Source: an uncultured Bacteroides sp.
GTDB lineage: Bacteria > Bacteroidota > Bacteroidia > Bacteroidales > Bacteroidaceae
Assembly: GCA_964514145.1 (NCBI GenBank)
Contig: CAZEPM010000002.1
Coordinates: forward strand, 1-54,668
Direction: 5' to 3'
DNA length: 54,668 bases
Shown: in pieces, positions 38,687 through 48,507 of the stretch
Numbering within the stretch: the stretch's first letter is position 1
Layout: each line of letters opens with the position of its first letter
Program-made: the position numbers and the translations under genes
The notes under the pieces: model-generated
The model's input: the letters and a program-made list of their open reading frames with translations, nothing else
Database searches by the model: none
Told to the model about the DNA's origin: nothing

Positions 38687-39298
38687 TTAGCTGAGTAGTT
38701 CACCTTTGCCATCGCGAATGATTTCCGGTTCACTTGTGGTGCAATCGACAACGGTGCTTAATTCGAAGCCACCGATGCCTCCATCAATGACTAAGTCTAC
38801 GATATGTCCGAATTTCTCGTCTATGAGTTCGGGGTTGGTGAGGTATTCAATGTCTTCATCTTTCTGATAGGGTAGTGTTGTGGTCAGTATCGGTGCTTCG
38901 AGCAGGCGACATATTTCGCGTATGATGTCGTTGTCGGGGATACGGATACCGACTTCTTTACGGTTACGAAAAATCTTTGGCAAGCGATTGCCTGTTGGCA
39001 AGATGAATGTAAAGGGGCCCGGCAAATTGCGTTTCATGAGCTTGAATGTATGATTTTCTATCTTGGCATATTCGCTGATATTGCTTAGGTCGTAACAGAT
39101 GATAGCCAGGTTGTTTTTCTCGGGGTTAATGCCTTTCAGCCGACAGATGCGCTCGATTGCTCGTTCTTTCAGTGCATGGCAGCCGATAGCGTAGGTTGTG
39201 TCTGTGGGATAGATCAGTAGTCCACCGTTGTTAAGAAGGTCGATAACTCGTTGTAGTATGCGTGGATTATTGTTTCGATTATAAAGTTTTAATATCAT
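38687..39298 (-). CDS. YrdC/Sua5 family protein (YciO-like)
   Basis: YPTDTTYAIGC, LPGPFTFIL, VGIRIP, STVVD. Confidence 0.85.
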   Translation of the reverse strand: MILKLYNRNNNPRILQRVIDLLNNGGLLIYPTDTTYAIGCHALKERAIERICRLKGINPEKNNLAIICYDLSNISEYAKIENHTFKLMKRNLPGPFTFILPTGNRLPKIFRNRKEVGIRIPDNDIIREICRLLEAPILTTTLPYQKDEDIEYLTNPELIDEKFGHIVDLVIDGGIGGFELSTVVDCTTSEPEIIRDGKGELLS

Positions 39299-39345
39299 AG
39301 TAGTAAGGTTTGATAATGGTATGCAAATGTAAACGAAAAAAAAAT

Positions 39346-41361
39346 CTAATCCCCTTGTTTCTCACGTAATTGTTCTGCAATAGTCCATTGTTGAGCGGCT
39401 TCTTCTGTTTTGCCGGCTCTTAAGAGTGCATCGCCATAGAGCTCGTGCGCACCGATGTGTTCAGGTTTGAGTGTAGTTGCCCGGTCAAAATCGGCAATAG
39501 CACCTTCTATATCGTTCATTGCCAGTCGGTTTTTTCCTCGATTATAGACGGCTTTAAACAAACGTGGACTTAATCGAATCGCTTCGTTGAAGCAAGCCAT
39601 GGCTTCATAATACTGTTTGTCGTTGTATAGCGTTACACCTTTGCGCACCCAAGCATCTACGTAAGTGGGATAGAGTGAGATGGCTTTGTCGTAATTGGCT
39701 ATGGCTGCACGCGAGTCGTGTGCCAATGTGATGCAGTCATTGCCCATTTCATAATATTCTTTGGCGTATTTCTTTAAATGACGTTGTTGTTCGTTCATCT
39801 TCTCTTTGAGTCGTTTGTTCTCGGCTTTCAGGGTGTTGATGATGCTTAGTTTTTTGCGGATAAACCGTTTGGCAATAGGCTTTTCCAAATCGTAGCGGGC
39901 ATGAATGGCACGAAACAGACTGTCCAGACAATCGGCAAAATTTCCTTTGTCGAAAAGTTTGATGGCTGCCGTGTATTCCACATCTGCCTGTGCTTGTTTT
40001 AAGGCTTGGTTGATGAGTTGTTGGTTATTAAAGCGCGAAGCGAATTTCACAATTTCCGGTTTGACGAAAATGTCCGATCGTACAATAGGCTTTCGCAGTT
40101 GGATTCCCTGTAATGATGTGCACCGACTAAGTGCCACATAGGCTTGTCCGCCGGCAAAAGTGCCTCCGGTAAGATCTATGGCAATACGGCTAAATGTCAG
40201 TCCCTGACTCTTGTGGATGGTAATAGCCCACGCCAGCCGGATAGGATATTGAGTAAACGTGCCGAGTTCTTCTTCCTCGATTTTTTTCTCTTGCTCATTG
40301 TAGGTATAACGTATGTTGCGCCATGTTTCACGCTTGACATCGCATTCGCGTCCGTCGTCGGTCATTACGTAAATAGTTTCTTCTTCTTCGTCTATTCCTG
40401 AAATGATACCGATTGTGCCGTTGACCCACCGTTTGTCGAAGTCGTTTTTGATAAAGATAATTTGTGCTCCGAGTTTTAGCTGTAAATCTATCGGCGTAGG
40501 TAGGCTGTTTTCCGGGAACTCTCCTTTAATCTCTCCTGTAAAGATGGTCGGTTTGCCTGGCAATGCGGCCAGTCGTTTCTCGTTGATGTAGTCAACTTGG
40601 TCGCGACGTGTGGCTAAAGTCACATACATATCGTTGGTGGCATGATCAGGGGTGATATCGGGATGTATGCTTACGCGTGTGTTGAGCAGTTGCAGGTCTG
40701 CAACGTCAGCCGTGTTGGTGCGTATGCGGTCGAGTGTACTGATAAAGATCGGATCGATTTGCCGATAGACTTTCTTCAGTTCGATACTGACTAGCTTAAT
40801 CTCTCTGAATACGTTTGCTGAGAAGAAGTAGGGTGTGGGATAAAAGCGGTTGAGTATGTCTCGTTCATCGTTTTTGACGACAGGTTCAAGCTGATAGATA
40901 TCTCCAACCAGCAATAGCTGTTTGCCGCCGAACGGCTCGCGGGTGTTTCGAGAATAAACTCTCAGCACTTTGTCTATAAAGTCGATGATGTCGGCGCGAA
41001 CCATGGATATTTCGTCAATGATAATCAGTTCGACTTCCTTGATAAGTTTGCGATGGCTGGAAGAATACTTCAGGAAATCTTTCAACTTGCGGTAGCTGAA
41101 ATTGGGATCGTCAGGGAGTAGTGGATAGAAAGGTAGCTTGAAAAAACTGTGCAGGGTACTTCCACCCACATTGATAGCTGCAATCCCGGTAGGTGCTAGT
41201 ACGACGTATTTCTTCTTAGTATGCTTACAGATATATTTCAGGAAGGTAGATTTTCCTGTACCGGCCTTGCCGGTGAGAAATACCGACTGGCGGGTATATT
41301 GAATAAGTTTCAAGGCATTTTGAAACTCAAGGTTGTTTGTGTCGATAGAAATTGCACTCAT
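39346..41361 (-). CDS. Pif1/RecD-like SF1B helicase with C-terminal TPR repeats
   Basis: TGKAGTGKST, LAPTGIAA, DEISM, GDIYQL, VNG..G, QYPIRLAWAITIHKSQG, YVALSR; TPRs in the last ~150 aa. Confidence 0.9.
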   Translation of the reverse strand: MSAISIDTNNLEFQNALKLIQYTRQSVFLTGKAGTGKSTFLKYICKHTKKKYVVLAPTGIAAINVGGSTLHSFFKLPFYPLLPDDPNFSYRKLKDFLKYSSSHRKLIKEVELIIIDEISMVRADIIDFIDKVLRVYSRNTREPFGGKQLLLVGDIYQLEPVVKNDERDILNRFYPTPYFFSANVFREIKLVSIELKKVYRQIDPIFISTLDRIRTNTADVADLQLLNTRVSIHPDITPDHATNDMYVTLATRRDQVDYINEKRLAALPGKPTIFTGEIKGEFPENSLPTPIDLQLKLGAQIIFIKNDFDKRWVNGTIGIISGIDEEEETIYVMTDDGRECDVKRETWRNIRYTYNEQEKKIEEEELGTFTQYPIRLAWAITIHKSQGLTFSRIAIDLTGGTFAGGQAYVALSRCTSLQGIQLRKPIVRSDIFVKPEIVKFASRFNNQQLINQALKQAQADVEYTAAIKLFDKGNFADCLDSLFRAIHARYDLEKPIAKRFIRKKLSIINTLKAENKRLKEKMNEQQRHLKKYAKEYYEMGNDCITLAHDSRAAIANYDKAISLYPTYVDAWVRKGVTLYNDKQYYEAMACFNEAIRLSPRLFKAVYNRGKNRLAMNDIEGAIADFDRATTLKPEHIGAHELYGDALLRAGKTEEAAQQWTIAEQLREKQGD

Positions 41362-41377
41362 ATTTTGGGTTGGAAAG

Positions 41378-41385
41378 CAAAGATA
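41378..41385 (-). promoter_or_regulatory. -7 box (TATCTTTG) for the helicase gene
   Basis: TAnnTTTG 16 nt upstream of the ATG. Confidence 0.55.
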
Positions 41386-41452
41386 CGAGTTTTGACAATA
41401 CCTCTACAGTGTTCTGTGATAGAAAAAGAGGTTAGTTGTTGGTACCGTATTT

Positions 41453-41492
41453 CCAGCCGGCATGCCGTTACGAAAATCGCCATGCCGGCTGG
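41453..41492 (-). terminator. Hairpin after the GH43 gene
   Basis: CCAGCCGGCATG / CATGCCGGCTGG perfect 12-bp arms. Confidence 0.6.
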
Positions 41493-41509
41493 CTTAATTA
41501 TTGTCTGGT

Positions 41510-42454
41510 TTATTTCTCATTGAGCAGTCGTCGGAGTACGGATTCGTCTACCGTGAAGGCGGTTCCGTGTCGGGTGCCGGCCGGAAAAGATACCTCGTCT
41601 GATGCGTCTTCCCAATGTTGTCCGTCCACCGACCGAACAGCTCCGTACGTGTGTTCCCTGTATTTGTCGAAATAAATATAAAGCGTGTCGTTTACAAACA
41701 GCGGAGCTGGCCCTTCACACCAGTATTTGCCTGTAATCGGTTCTGAAACGTCTGTAGGGAATCCGTCTGAAAGGCTTGCAGTACGTGTGATACGCAAATT
41801 TTTTTCGGGTGGCAGAGAGTTTTCGTTTTTGACAACCATAATCCAATCATTCCGTATCGGATCGCGCACAATGGCGGCATCGATGACACTGAAATCGGGA
41901 TTGAAGAACATTGTCGTTTCGGAAAATGTCTGAAAATCTTTAGTCGTAACGTAATAGATGCGATGATTCCAACCTTTTTCGCTTTCAGACGTGGGCACTT
42001 CTTTGTGGCGTCCGGGAATGGTTGTTGCCCAAATGATGTAGAAAGTTTGTGAAGTTTCGTCGTAATACAGTTCCGGAGCCCAGCAGTTGAGGGCTTCTGG
42101 TTCATGCATCATGACGGGGATGCTGCATTGTTCAGACCAATGAATCAGGTCTTTCGACGATGCGTAGCCAATGATGCGGTCTGTCCAGCTCGATGTCCAC
42201 ACCAAGTGGAATGTGCCGTCGGGCGACTGACAGATACTGGGATCGCGCATGAGTCTGTCTTTTCCTACTGTAGGAACGAGAAACGAATCTCCGTTCTTGA
42301 GAGCTGTCCATGTGCGACCATCTCGGCTGTAGGCTAAGTGAAGTCCGTCTTGACTTTGTCCGGTGAAGTATGAGAACAAGTAGACTTTCGAGTCTTGTGC
42401 CCGGATGTTAAGTACCAGACATATCAAGCAGACAATGATTACCAGTTGTTTCAT
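41510..42454 (-). CDS. GH43-like five-bladed beta-propeller glycoside hydrolase
   Basis: Signal peptide, MRDPSI, CWAPE, VIDA, EGP, RHG motifs. Confidence 0.85.
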   Translation of the reverse strand: MKQLVIIVCLICLVLNIRAQDSKVYLFSYFTGQSQDGLHLAYSRDGRTWTALKNGDSFLVPTVGKDRLMRDPSICQSPDGTFHLVWTSSWTDRIIGYASSKDLIHWSEQCSIPVMMHEPEALNCWAPELYYDETSQTFYIIWATTIPGRHKEVPTSESEKGWNHRIYYVTTKDFQTFSETTMFFNPDFSVIDAAIVRDPIRNDWIMVVKNENSLPPEKNLRITRTASLSDGFPTDVSEPITGKYWCEGPAPLFVNDTLYIYFDKYREHTYGAVRSVDGQHWEDASDEVSFPAGTRHGTAFTVDESVLRRLLNEK

Positions 42455-45400
42455 AAGTCTTGTTTGTGTGTTGGTGAATAATGGGTTGTGAATGTTTCGC
42501 GGGTTGACAGGTCGTCTGATGAGGCTTCAACTGATTCTAGAAACTCGATTTCCACGATGCGCAGATCGTTTTGTTTCTTCTGGTTGTTGGTCACTACATC
42601 GAGTTCTCCGGCTTGTGCGGCCGACACTTCGGTGATTTGTTTGAAAGCGTCGCTATCATGGGTCGATCCCTTGAGGCGGATAGTGAATTCTTGGGCACTT
42701 ATGGGGTGCTCGATAACCAAGTGTACGTAGCCCAGTGACCGAGGCGTGTCACCCTGCCAAACAAGGCTGTTTCCGGCATAGACTTCCAACGGATAGGAAC
42801 GTTGTCGCCAGCCGGTCAGTTTGATGCAGATATCATCGATGAGTGCTTCGCGTTCTAGGGTATATGTGACCCATGCAGTCGACAGTTTGCCATCGTTGCG
42901 CCATTCGCTGAGCTCGTTGTCGTCATAAGCTTTGTCAGCGTCTTCCTGATTGGTTCCGGCTTGGGCTGAAACGATTTCTATGCCTCGTTTGCTGTCTGTA
43001 TACGAAGGGGTAGAGAGTGTTTCGCCTTTGGTCAGTTGTCCTTTCAGGGAGGCTTGCGGCAGATATTCGCTTAATCCGTTGGTCACGCTAACGGGGATAG
43101 TCTGTAGCGTGAGTGTGGCTGCTGGTAGTCCTTCGGCTTCGGCTTTCACGGTGATGGTTCCGGCTTGTGTTGTGCTGCGTATGAGTGCACGGTTAATACC
43201 ACATTCTACGGGGAGTGACAGGCTGCGTATGTAGTTGTCTGTTCCTTGTGCAATACCACCTCGCCATTCGGCTTCACCGTTGAGAGTGAAATGTATCGTA
43301 CGATTGTCAAGCGGGCAGCGGTGTCCGTCGTTGTCGATTACTTCTATTTGCAAAAGTGCCATGTCAGCTCCGTCGGCATGAAATCCTTCAGGGTTTTGTA
43401 TGGCCGTCAGTTTCAACTGAGCAGGCTCGCCTGCAGTGACAAGTTTGTAGCGGCTGACCTCCTTACCGTTCATGCGACTTATGGCTTCCAGCTTTCCGGG
43501 TTGAAACGCAATGCTATCGAAGGTGAAAAGAAAGTGATAGTCGCGTTTGCCTGTTCCGAGCGATTGCCCGTTGAGGAAGAGCTCGACTTCTTCGGCGTTT
43601 GATACGACATAGACCGGTTTAACTGTCTGTTCCGGATAGTTCCAATGACCAATGATGTAGGTTTGATATTGGTCTGTGTCTACCCAACCGTTCCACATCA
43701 CTTGGTGGGCGAAATAACCGTCTTTGGGTATGCGCATGGGATCGGTCACACCGCTTCGACGATAGTTTTCTACTCCGCGAAAATGTGTGTTTGAATCAGA
43801 GAAGATGATTTTGGCTCCTCCGGAACTGACTCGCGTACCGGTGCCAGGGCGTTCGCGCCAATAGTCGTACCACCGGCGCACGAGCTCTACGGCAAATCTG
43901 TCTTGATTGTGGTTATAGGCACTGGCATCTTGTTTTTTTGCGGTTTGATTGGTTACGGTCGATTTGTAGTCGGTGTTGCCATCACCTTCTTTATGGAAAG
44001 GATAGGAATATTCGTCCCAGTATTTGCGCAATCCTTCGTCCCGACAATATTCGGTTGCCCACATGGGGTGGTGTTTACTTTTGTTGATATAGAGCATCTC
44101 GCCACCATATTCAGCTTCGCGTATGTCTAGCATTTCCCGTGATCCGATGGCACGTCCACCATAAGGGTCGTACTGGTCGCGTATTTTTTTCATTTCTATC
44201 ATGTGTTCGCGGCTAATCGATTCGTTTCCGCATTCATAAAAGAGGATGCTCGGATTGTTGCGGTTGTATATGATTGCATCTCGCATCAGTTCGATGCGCT
44301 GTTCCCATTGTCTTCCTTGACTGTCTTTCTCAGCGTCTCCGGCTGGCATGGCTTGGATTAGCCCTACGCGGTCACACGATTCTACGTCTTGCTTCCACGG
44401 GGTTACGTGCATCCAGCGTACGAGATTGGCATTGCTTTCTACCATGAGTGCATTCGTGTAGTCACTCAACCATGCAGGTACAGAAAGTCCTACCGCAGGC
44501 CATTCGTTGCTTGTTCGTTGGGCGTATCCTTTCATTTGTATGACGCGGTCGTTGAGCCAAATCTTACCTTCCTCGAAACGTGTTTTTCGGAAGCCGGTTC
44601 GTGTGGAAACTTCATCGAAGGTGTTTCCTTGCTTGTCTTTTAAAGTCGTCTTTACGGTGTAGAGATAGCCATATCCCCAGCTCCAGAAGTGTATATTGTT
44701 GAGCTCGAATGAGATACTGACTGTTTTTGTTTCTCCGGCATTGACGATAGTGGGCGGATTGTTGAATTGGGCTACTTGTTTTCCTTCATTGTCGTAGATC
44801 GTGACTTCATAGCTGAACTGACGTGCTTCGTGACTGTCGTTCTTGATTTCAGACTCTGTATGGATGGTTGCCTTGCGTCCTTTGATGTCAAAGTCTGTGG
44901 CGTAAACATATACGCCTGTGGTTTGCAGAAAACTGTAGAGAGGAAGCGTTTGATATACTTCATCAGTGATGTGCAGGAATACGTTCTTGGGAATACCTCC
45001 ATAGTTGGCGTTGAAGTTATGATCGTTCCATTGGAATCGGGTGCCCGTGGCACGTTCGCGGTATTGCCAACTGTTGTCGATTCGTACGGCTATTACATTA
45101 TCTTTGTCTGTCAAATAGGGAGTAAGGTCGAATCCGCATGCCATGACTCCGTTTTCGTGTAGCCCGAGGTGATGTCCGTTTAGATAGAAGTCTCCTCCCA
45201 TTCGGATGCCTTCAAATTCAATGAATACTTTTTTGCCTTTGAGGTCGGGTAGGCAGAAGTGTTTTCTATACCATACGATGGTGTCGGTATGTTGATCTAT
45301 GGCTACTTTAAAAGCTTCGTCTTCATTAAAGGCACGTGGAAGTGTGATGGACTTCCATTGTGAATCGTCGTAATTTGGGTCAGACATGCCAGGGGCATCA

Positions 45401-45516
45401 CCTATATGTAATAACCAAGTACTGTTGAAGTTGTATTTCTTACGTTCGGTAGCTGATAGAGTAGTGGTAAGAATGCAGAAGAATAGGAATACTGTGAAAG
45501 CTAACTTTCTTTTCAT
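42451..45516 (-). CDS. GH2 family glycoside hydrolase (beta-galactosidase-like) with C-terminal beta-sandwich domains
   Basis: YNFN..W, WYRKHF, FIEFEG, YGG, RNNPSILFYECGNE (acid/base Glu), HWNY, VVSNAEEVELFLNG; start at ATG 45516. Confidence 0.88.
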   Translation of the reverse strand: MKRKLAFTVFLFFCILTTTLSATERKKYNFNSTWLLHIGDAPGMSDPNYDDSQWKSITLPRAFNEDEAFKVAIDQHTDTIVWYRKHFCLPDLKGKKVFIEFEGIRMGGDFYLNGHHLGLHENGVMACGFDLTPYLTDKDNVIAVRIDNSWQYRERATGTRFQWNDHNFNANYGGIPKNVFLHITDEVYQTLPLYSFLQTTGVYVYATDFDIKGRKATIHTESEIKNDSHEARQFSYEVTIYDNEGKQVAQFNNPPTIVNAGETKTVSISFELNNIHFWSWGYGYLYTVKTTLKDKQGNTFDEVSTRTGFRKTRFEEGKIWLNDRVIQMKGYAQRTSNEWPAVGLSVPAWLSDYTNALMVESNANLVRWMHVTPWKQDVESCDRVGLIQAMPAGDAEKDSQGRQWEQRIELMRDAIIYNRNNPSILFYECGNESISREHMIEMKKIRDQYDPYGGRAIGSREMLDIREAEYGGEMLYINKSKHHPMWATEYCRDEGLRKYWDEYSYPFHKEGDGNTDYKSTVTNQTAKKQDASAYNHNQDRFAVELVRRWYDYWRERPGTGTRVSSGGAKIIFSDSNTHFRGVENYRRSGVTDPMRIPKDGYFAHQVMWNGWVDTDQYQTYIIGHWNYPEQTVKPVYVVSNAEEVELFLNGQSLGTGKRDYHFLFTFDSIAFQPGKLEAISRMNGKEVSRYKLVTAGEPAQLKLTAIQNPEGFHADGADMALLQIEVIDNDGHRCPLDNRTIHFTLNGEAEWRGGIAQGTDNYIRSLSLPVECGINRALIRSTTQAGTITVKAEAEGLPAATLTLQTIPVSVTNGLSEYLPQASLKGQLTKGETLSTPSYTDSKRGIEIVSAQAGTNQEDADKAYDDNELSEWRNDGKLSTAWVTYTLEREALIDDICIKLTGWRQRSYPLEVYAGNSLVWQGDTPRSLGYVHLVIEHPISAQEFTIRLKGSTHDSDAFKQITEVSAAQAGELDVVTNNQKKQNDLRIVEIEFLESVEASSDDLSTRETFTTHYSPTHKQDL

Positions 45517-45579
45517 GCGTAGTGGAATTAATTGGTTGGTCTGTTTGGTTGATGGCAAATAGCTATGTAAAGGTCTTTA

Positions 45580-45627
45580 AAAAAGCGTAATGACGCGGAT
45601 GTATACAAGCAATATATCCGCGTCATT
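45580..45627 (-). terminator. Intrinsic terminator after the acyl-CoA dehydrogenase gene
   Basis: AATGACGCGGATGTAT / ATATATCCGCGTCATT stem followed by a T-run on the minus strand. Confidence 0.75.
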
Positions 45628-45687
45628 TACATGATTGATAGAGTTAAAAGTATGGTTGGTCACCAAACTCAGGCTTCACGATCGATT

Positions 45688-47394
45688 CTATTGACAGTAA
45701 TTGGCCAAATCGTCAGCTGTGAATTGAGTAATGAAAGCATAATGTTTCTCGATTTCAGCCTCTGCATACCGTACATAGACATTCGCTGATTTAGCGAAGA
45801 GTTCCGGAGATTTGGTTGCTTCAAGAACCAATAAATGTCCCATGATGGTGTAAGCAGAGATTTCAACCAACCGTCGAGCGACGAAGTCTAGGTATTCTTG
45901 ATTCTTCAGTTTGCTTACTTGTTCTGTGACTTCTTCCAGCTTGTCGGCCATCGATTTCAGGCGGTTTCTTAACCCCTCAAGCTCTGGAGCACATGGCGTA
46001 GCTTCGTAAACACGTATTTGGTTGAGGTAAGCACCGGTGGTTACATACCGAATAGCTGCAACCGTCTGAAGCTGAGTTGTTCCCTCGTAGATGGAGGTGA
46101 TACGTGCATCACGGTACAGACGTTCGCAAGTATAGTCTTTCATAAATCCCGAACCACCGTGTATTTGGATACAATCGTACGTGTTTTGATTAGCATATTC
46201 ACTGCCCATTCCTTTGGAAAGCGGGGTGAAACTGTCAGCCAATTTCGCATACTTCTTCTGTTCTTGACGTTCTTCAGGAGTCAGCTTACGCTCCCGTGCA
46301 ATATCATCTAAAGCTTTGTAGACATCTACAAAACGGGCAGTCTCGTACAAAAGTGCACGTGAAGCGTCGAGTTTGGCTTTCATGATAGACAGCATGTCAT
46401 AGACAGCAGGGAATCCGATGATAGCTTTACCAAACTGTTTGCGGTCTTTGGCATAAGCCAGTGCTTCGTTATAGGCAGCTTGCGACAACCCAACACTTTG
46501 TGCTGCGATACCCAGACGTGCTCCATTCATCAGTGCCATAACATATTTGATTAAACCCAGTTTGCGATCGCCGCAGAGTTCAGCTTTTGCGTTTTTGTAG
46601 ACTAATTCGCAAGTTGGAGAGCCTTTGATACCCATTTTGTTTTCGATGCGACGAACATCCACACCGCCGTTGCGTTTGTCGTAGATGAACATAGACAATC
46701 CGCGACCGTCATGCGTGCCTTCTTCCGAGCGGGCTAATACGAGGTGAATGTCCGAATCTCCATTGGTAATAAAACGCTTCACACCATTGAGACGCCAGCA
46801 GTTCTCTTTTTCGTCGTAAGTTGCTTTGAGCATAACAGATTGAAGGTCGGAACCGGCATCTGGCTCAGTTAAGTCCATAGACATAGTTTCTCCTTGGCAT
46901 ACACGGGTCAGATAGCGTTGATGTTGATCTTCATTCCCAAATTCATAAAGAGTTTCAGCGCAGTCTTGCAATCCCCACAGATTTTCGAATCCGGCATCTG
47001 CACGCGACACGATGTCTGCTGCCATGATGTAAGGAACGATAGGAAAGTTCAGACCTCCATATCGGCGGGGCATGGCCATACCCATCAGACCTGCTTTACG
47101 GGTTGCTTCAAGGTTTTCCTGTGTGCCGCTGGCGTAAGTCACGCGGCCTTTTTCTACGCTTGGACCTTCATGGTCAACACCTTCGGCATTAGGTGCAATG
47201 ATTTCCGCGCAGATTTCGCCCACGATTTCCAATATGCGTTCGTAGCTATTCATGGCATCGGCAAAATCTACCGGTGCATAGTCATATGTATCTTTGTCTG
47301 CATAGTTTCGCTCTTTGAGTTCCACGATGCGTTGCATCAACGGATGATTCAGATGATGCTTTAATTCGGGTGTATCAGTATAAAAATTTGCCAT
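45688..47394 (-). CDS. Acyl-CoA dehydrogenase
   Basis: MDLTEPDAGSD, LNGVKRFIT, KMGIKGSPT, RKQFGK, QIHGGSG, RITSIYEGT. Confidence 0.94.
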   Translation of the reverse strand: MANFYTDTPELKHHLNHPLMQRIVELKERNYADKDTYDYAPVDFADAMNSYERILEIVGEICAEIIAPNAEGVDHEGPSVEKGRVTYASGTQENLEATRKAGLMGMAMPRRYGGLNFPIVPYIMAADIVSRADAGFENLWGLQDCAETLYEFGNEDQHQRYLTRVCQGETMSMDLTEPDAGSDLQSVMLKATYDEKENCWRLNGVKRFITNGDSDIHLVLARSEEGTHDGRGLSMFIYDKRNGGVDVRRIENKMGIKGSPTCELVYKNAKAELCGDRKLGLIKYVMALMNGARLGIAAQSVGLSQAAYNEALAYAKDRKQFGKAIIGFPAVYDMLSIMKAKLDASRALLYETARFVDVYKALDDIARERKLTPEERQEQKKYAKLADSFTPLSKGMGSEYANQNTYDCIQIHGGSGFMKDYTCERLYRDARITSIYEGTTQLQTVAAIRYVTTGAYLNQIRVYEATPCAPELEGLRNRLKSMADKLEEVTEQVSKLKNQEYLDFVARRLVEISAYTIMGHLLVLEATKSPELFAKSANVYVRYAEAEIEKHYAFITQFTADDLANYCQ

Positions 47395-47396
47395 AT

Positions 47397-48416
47397 TTAT
47401 TTGCTGTTTTGTTTGTAGTATTTAATCATCTTCGGAATGACTTCTTCCACACTGCCGTTGATTACGTAATCAGCAATGCTGTTGATGGGCGCATTCGGAT
47501 CATTGTTGATTGAAATGATAATACCGCTGTCTTGCATGCCGGCAATGTGTTGAATTTGTCCGCTGATGCCGCAAGCAATATAGAGTTTTGGGTGTACGGT
47601 AATACCGGTTTGTCCGATCTGGCGGTCGTGGTCGCAGAAGCCGGCATCGACGGCTGCGCGGCTGGCTCCAACTTCAGCATGAAGTTCTTTGGCAAGATCG
47701 AACAACAGGTTGAAACCTTCTTTTGAACCCATGCCATAACCTCCGGCAACAATAATCGGAGAACCTTTCAAGTTATGTTTGGCTTTTTCTACATGACGGT
47801 CAATAACTTTGATTACGTAGTCTGTTTCTGCTACGAATTTGCTGACATCGTGGCGGATAACTTCTCCTTGATAGTCCGGATCTAGGATTTCTTTTTTCAT
47901 AACTCCTTCGCGAACGGTTGCCATTTGCGGACGGTGTTCGGGGTTGATGATGGTTGCTACAATATTGCCGCCAAATGCTGGACGAATCTGGTAGAGCAGG
48001 TTTTCATACGTAATGCCGTTTTTCTTGTCCTCGTGCGAACCGATTTCGAGCGACGTACAGTCGGCTGTCAGACCACTGGTAAGTGCAGACGATACACGCG
48101 GGCCGAGATCACGGCCGATGACCGTTGCTCCCATCAGGCAGATTTGAGGTTTCTCAACTTTGAACAGATTAATCAAAATCGACGAGTGAGGCAAGGAGGT
48201 GTAAGGAAACAACCCCGGAGCATCAAACACATGCAGGCGATCGACCCCGTAGGGCAAAATTTGTTTTTCCACGTCTGTAAGACCACTTCCGGCTACAATG
48301 GCTTCGAGTTGGCATCCCAGTTGGTTGGCCAGCTTGCGGCCTTTGGTCAAAAGTTCCAGACTGACGTCGGCAACGGTTGTGCCTTCTATTTCACAATATA
48401 CAAATACGTTATTCAT
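47397..48416 (-). CDS. etfA: Electron transfer flavoprotein alpha subunit
   Basis: GLTADC, RPAFGG, GASRAAVD, QIGQTG, GISGQIQH..GM. Confidence 0.95.
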   Translation of the reverse strand: MNNVFVYCEIEGTTVADVSLELLTKGRKLANQLGCQLEAIVAGSGLTDVEKQILPYGVDRLHVFDAPGLFPYTSLPHSSILINLFKVEKPQICLMGATVIGRDLGPRVSSALTSGLTADCTSLEIGSHEDKKNGITYENLLYQIRPAFGGNIVATIINPEHRPQMATVREGVMKKEILDPDYQGEVIRHDVSKFVAETDYVIKVIDRHVEKAKHNLKGSPIIVAGGYGMGSKEGFNLLFDLAKELHAEVGASRAAVDAGFCDHDRQIGQTGITVHPKLYIACGISGQIQHIAGMQDSGIIISINNDPNAPINSIADYVINGSVEEVIPKMIKYYKQNSK

Positions 48417-48507
48417 TGTTTTCTAGGTTTTTATGATAAAAAATCTTGCATCGGTGTCCGACAAGATTGCTGTAATCAGATAGCAACAGTCGGTTCGTTG
48501 GCAAACC

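Noticed and set aside
40324..40339. parS-like TGTTTCACGCTTGACA
   Set aside because: Only 12/16 match to TGTTTCACGTGAAACA, not palindromic, and inside a coding region
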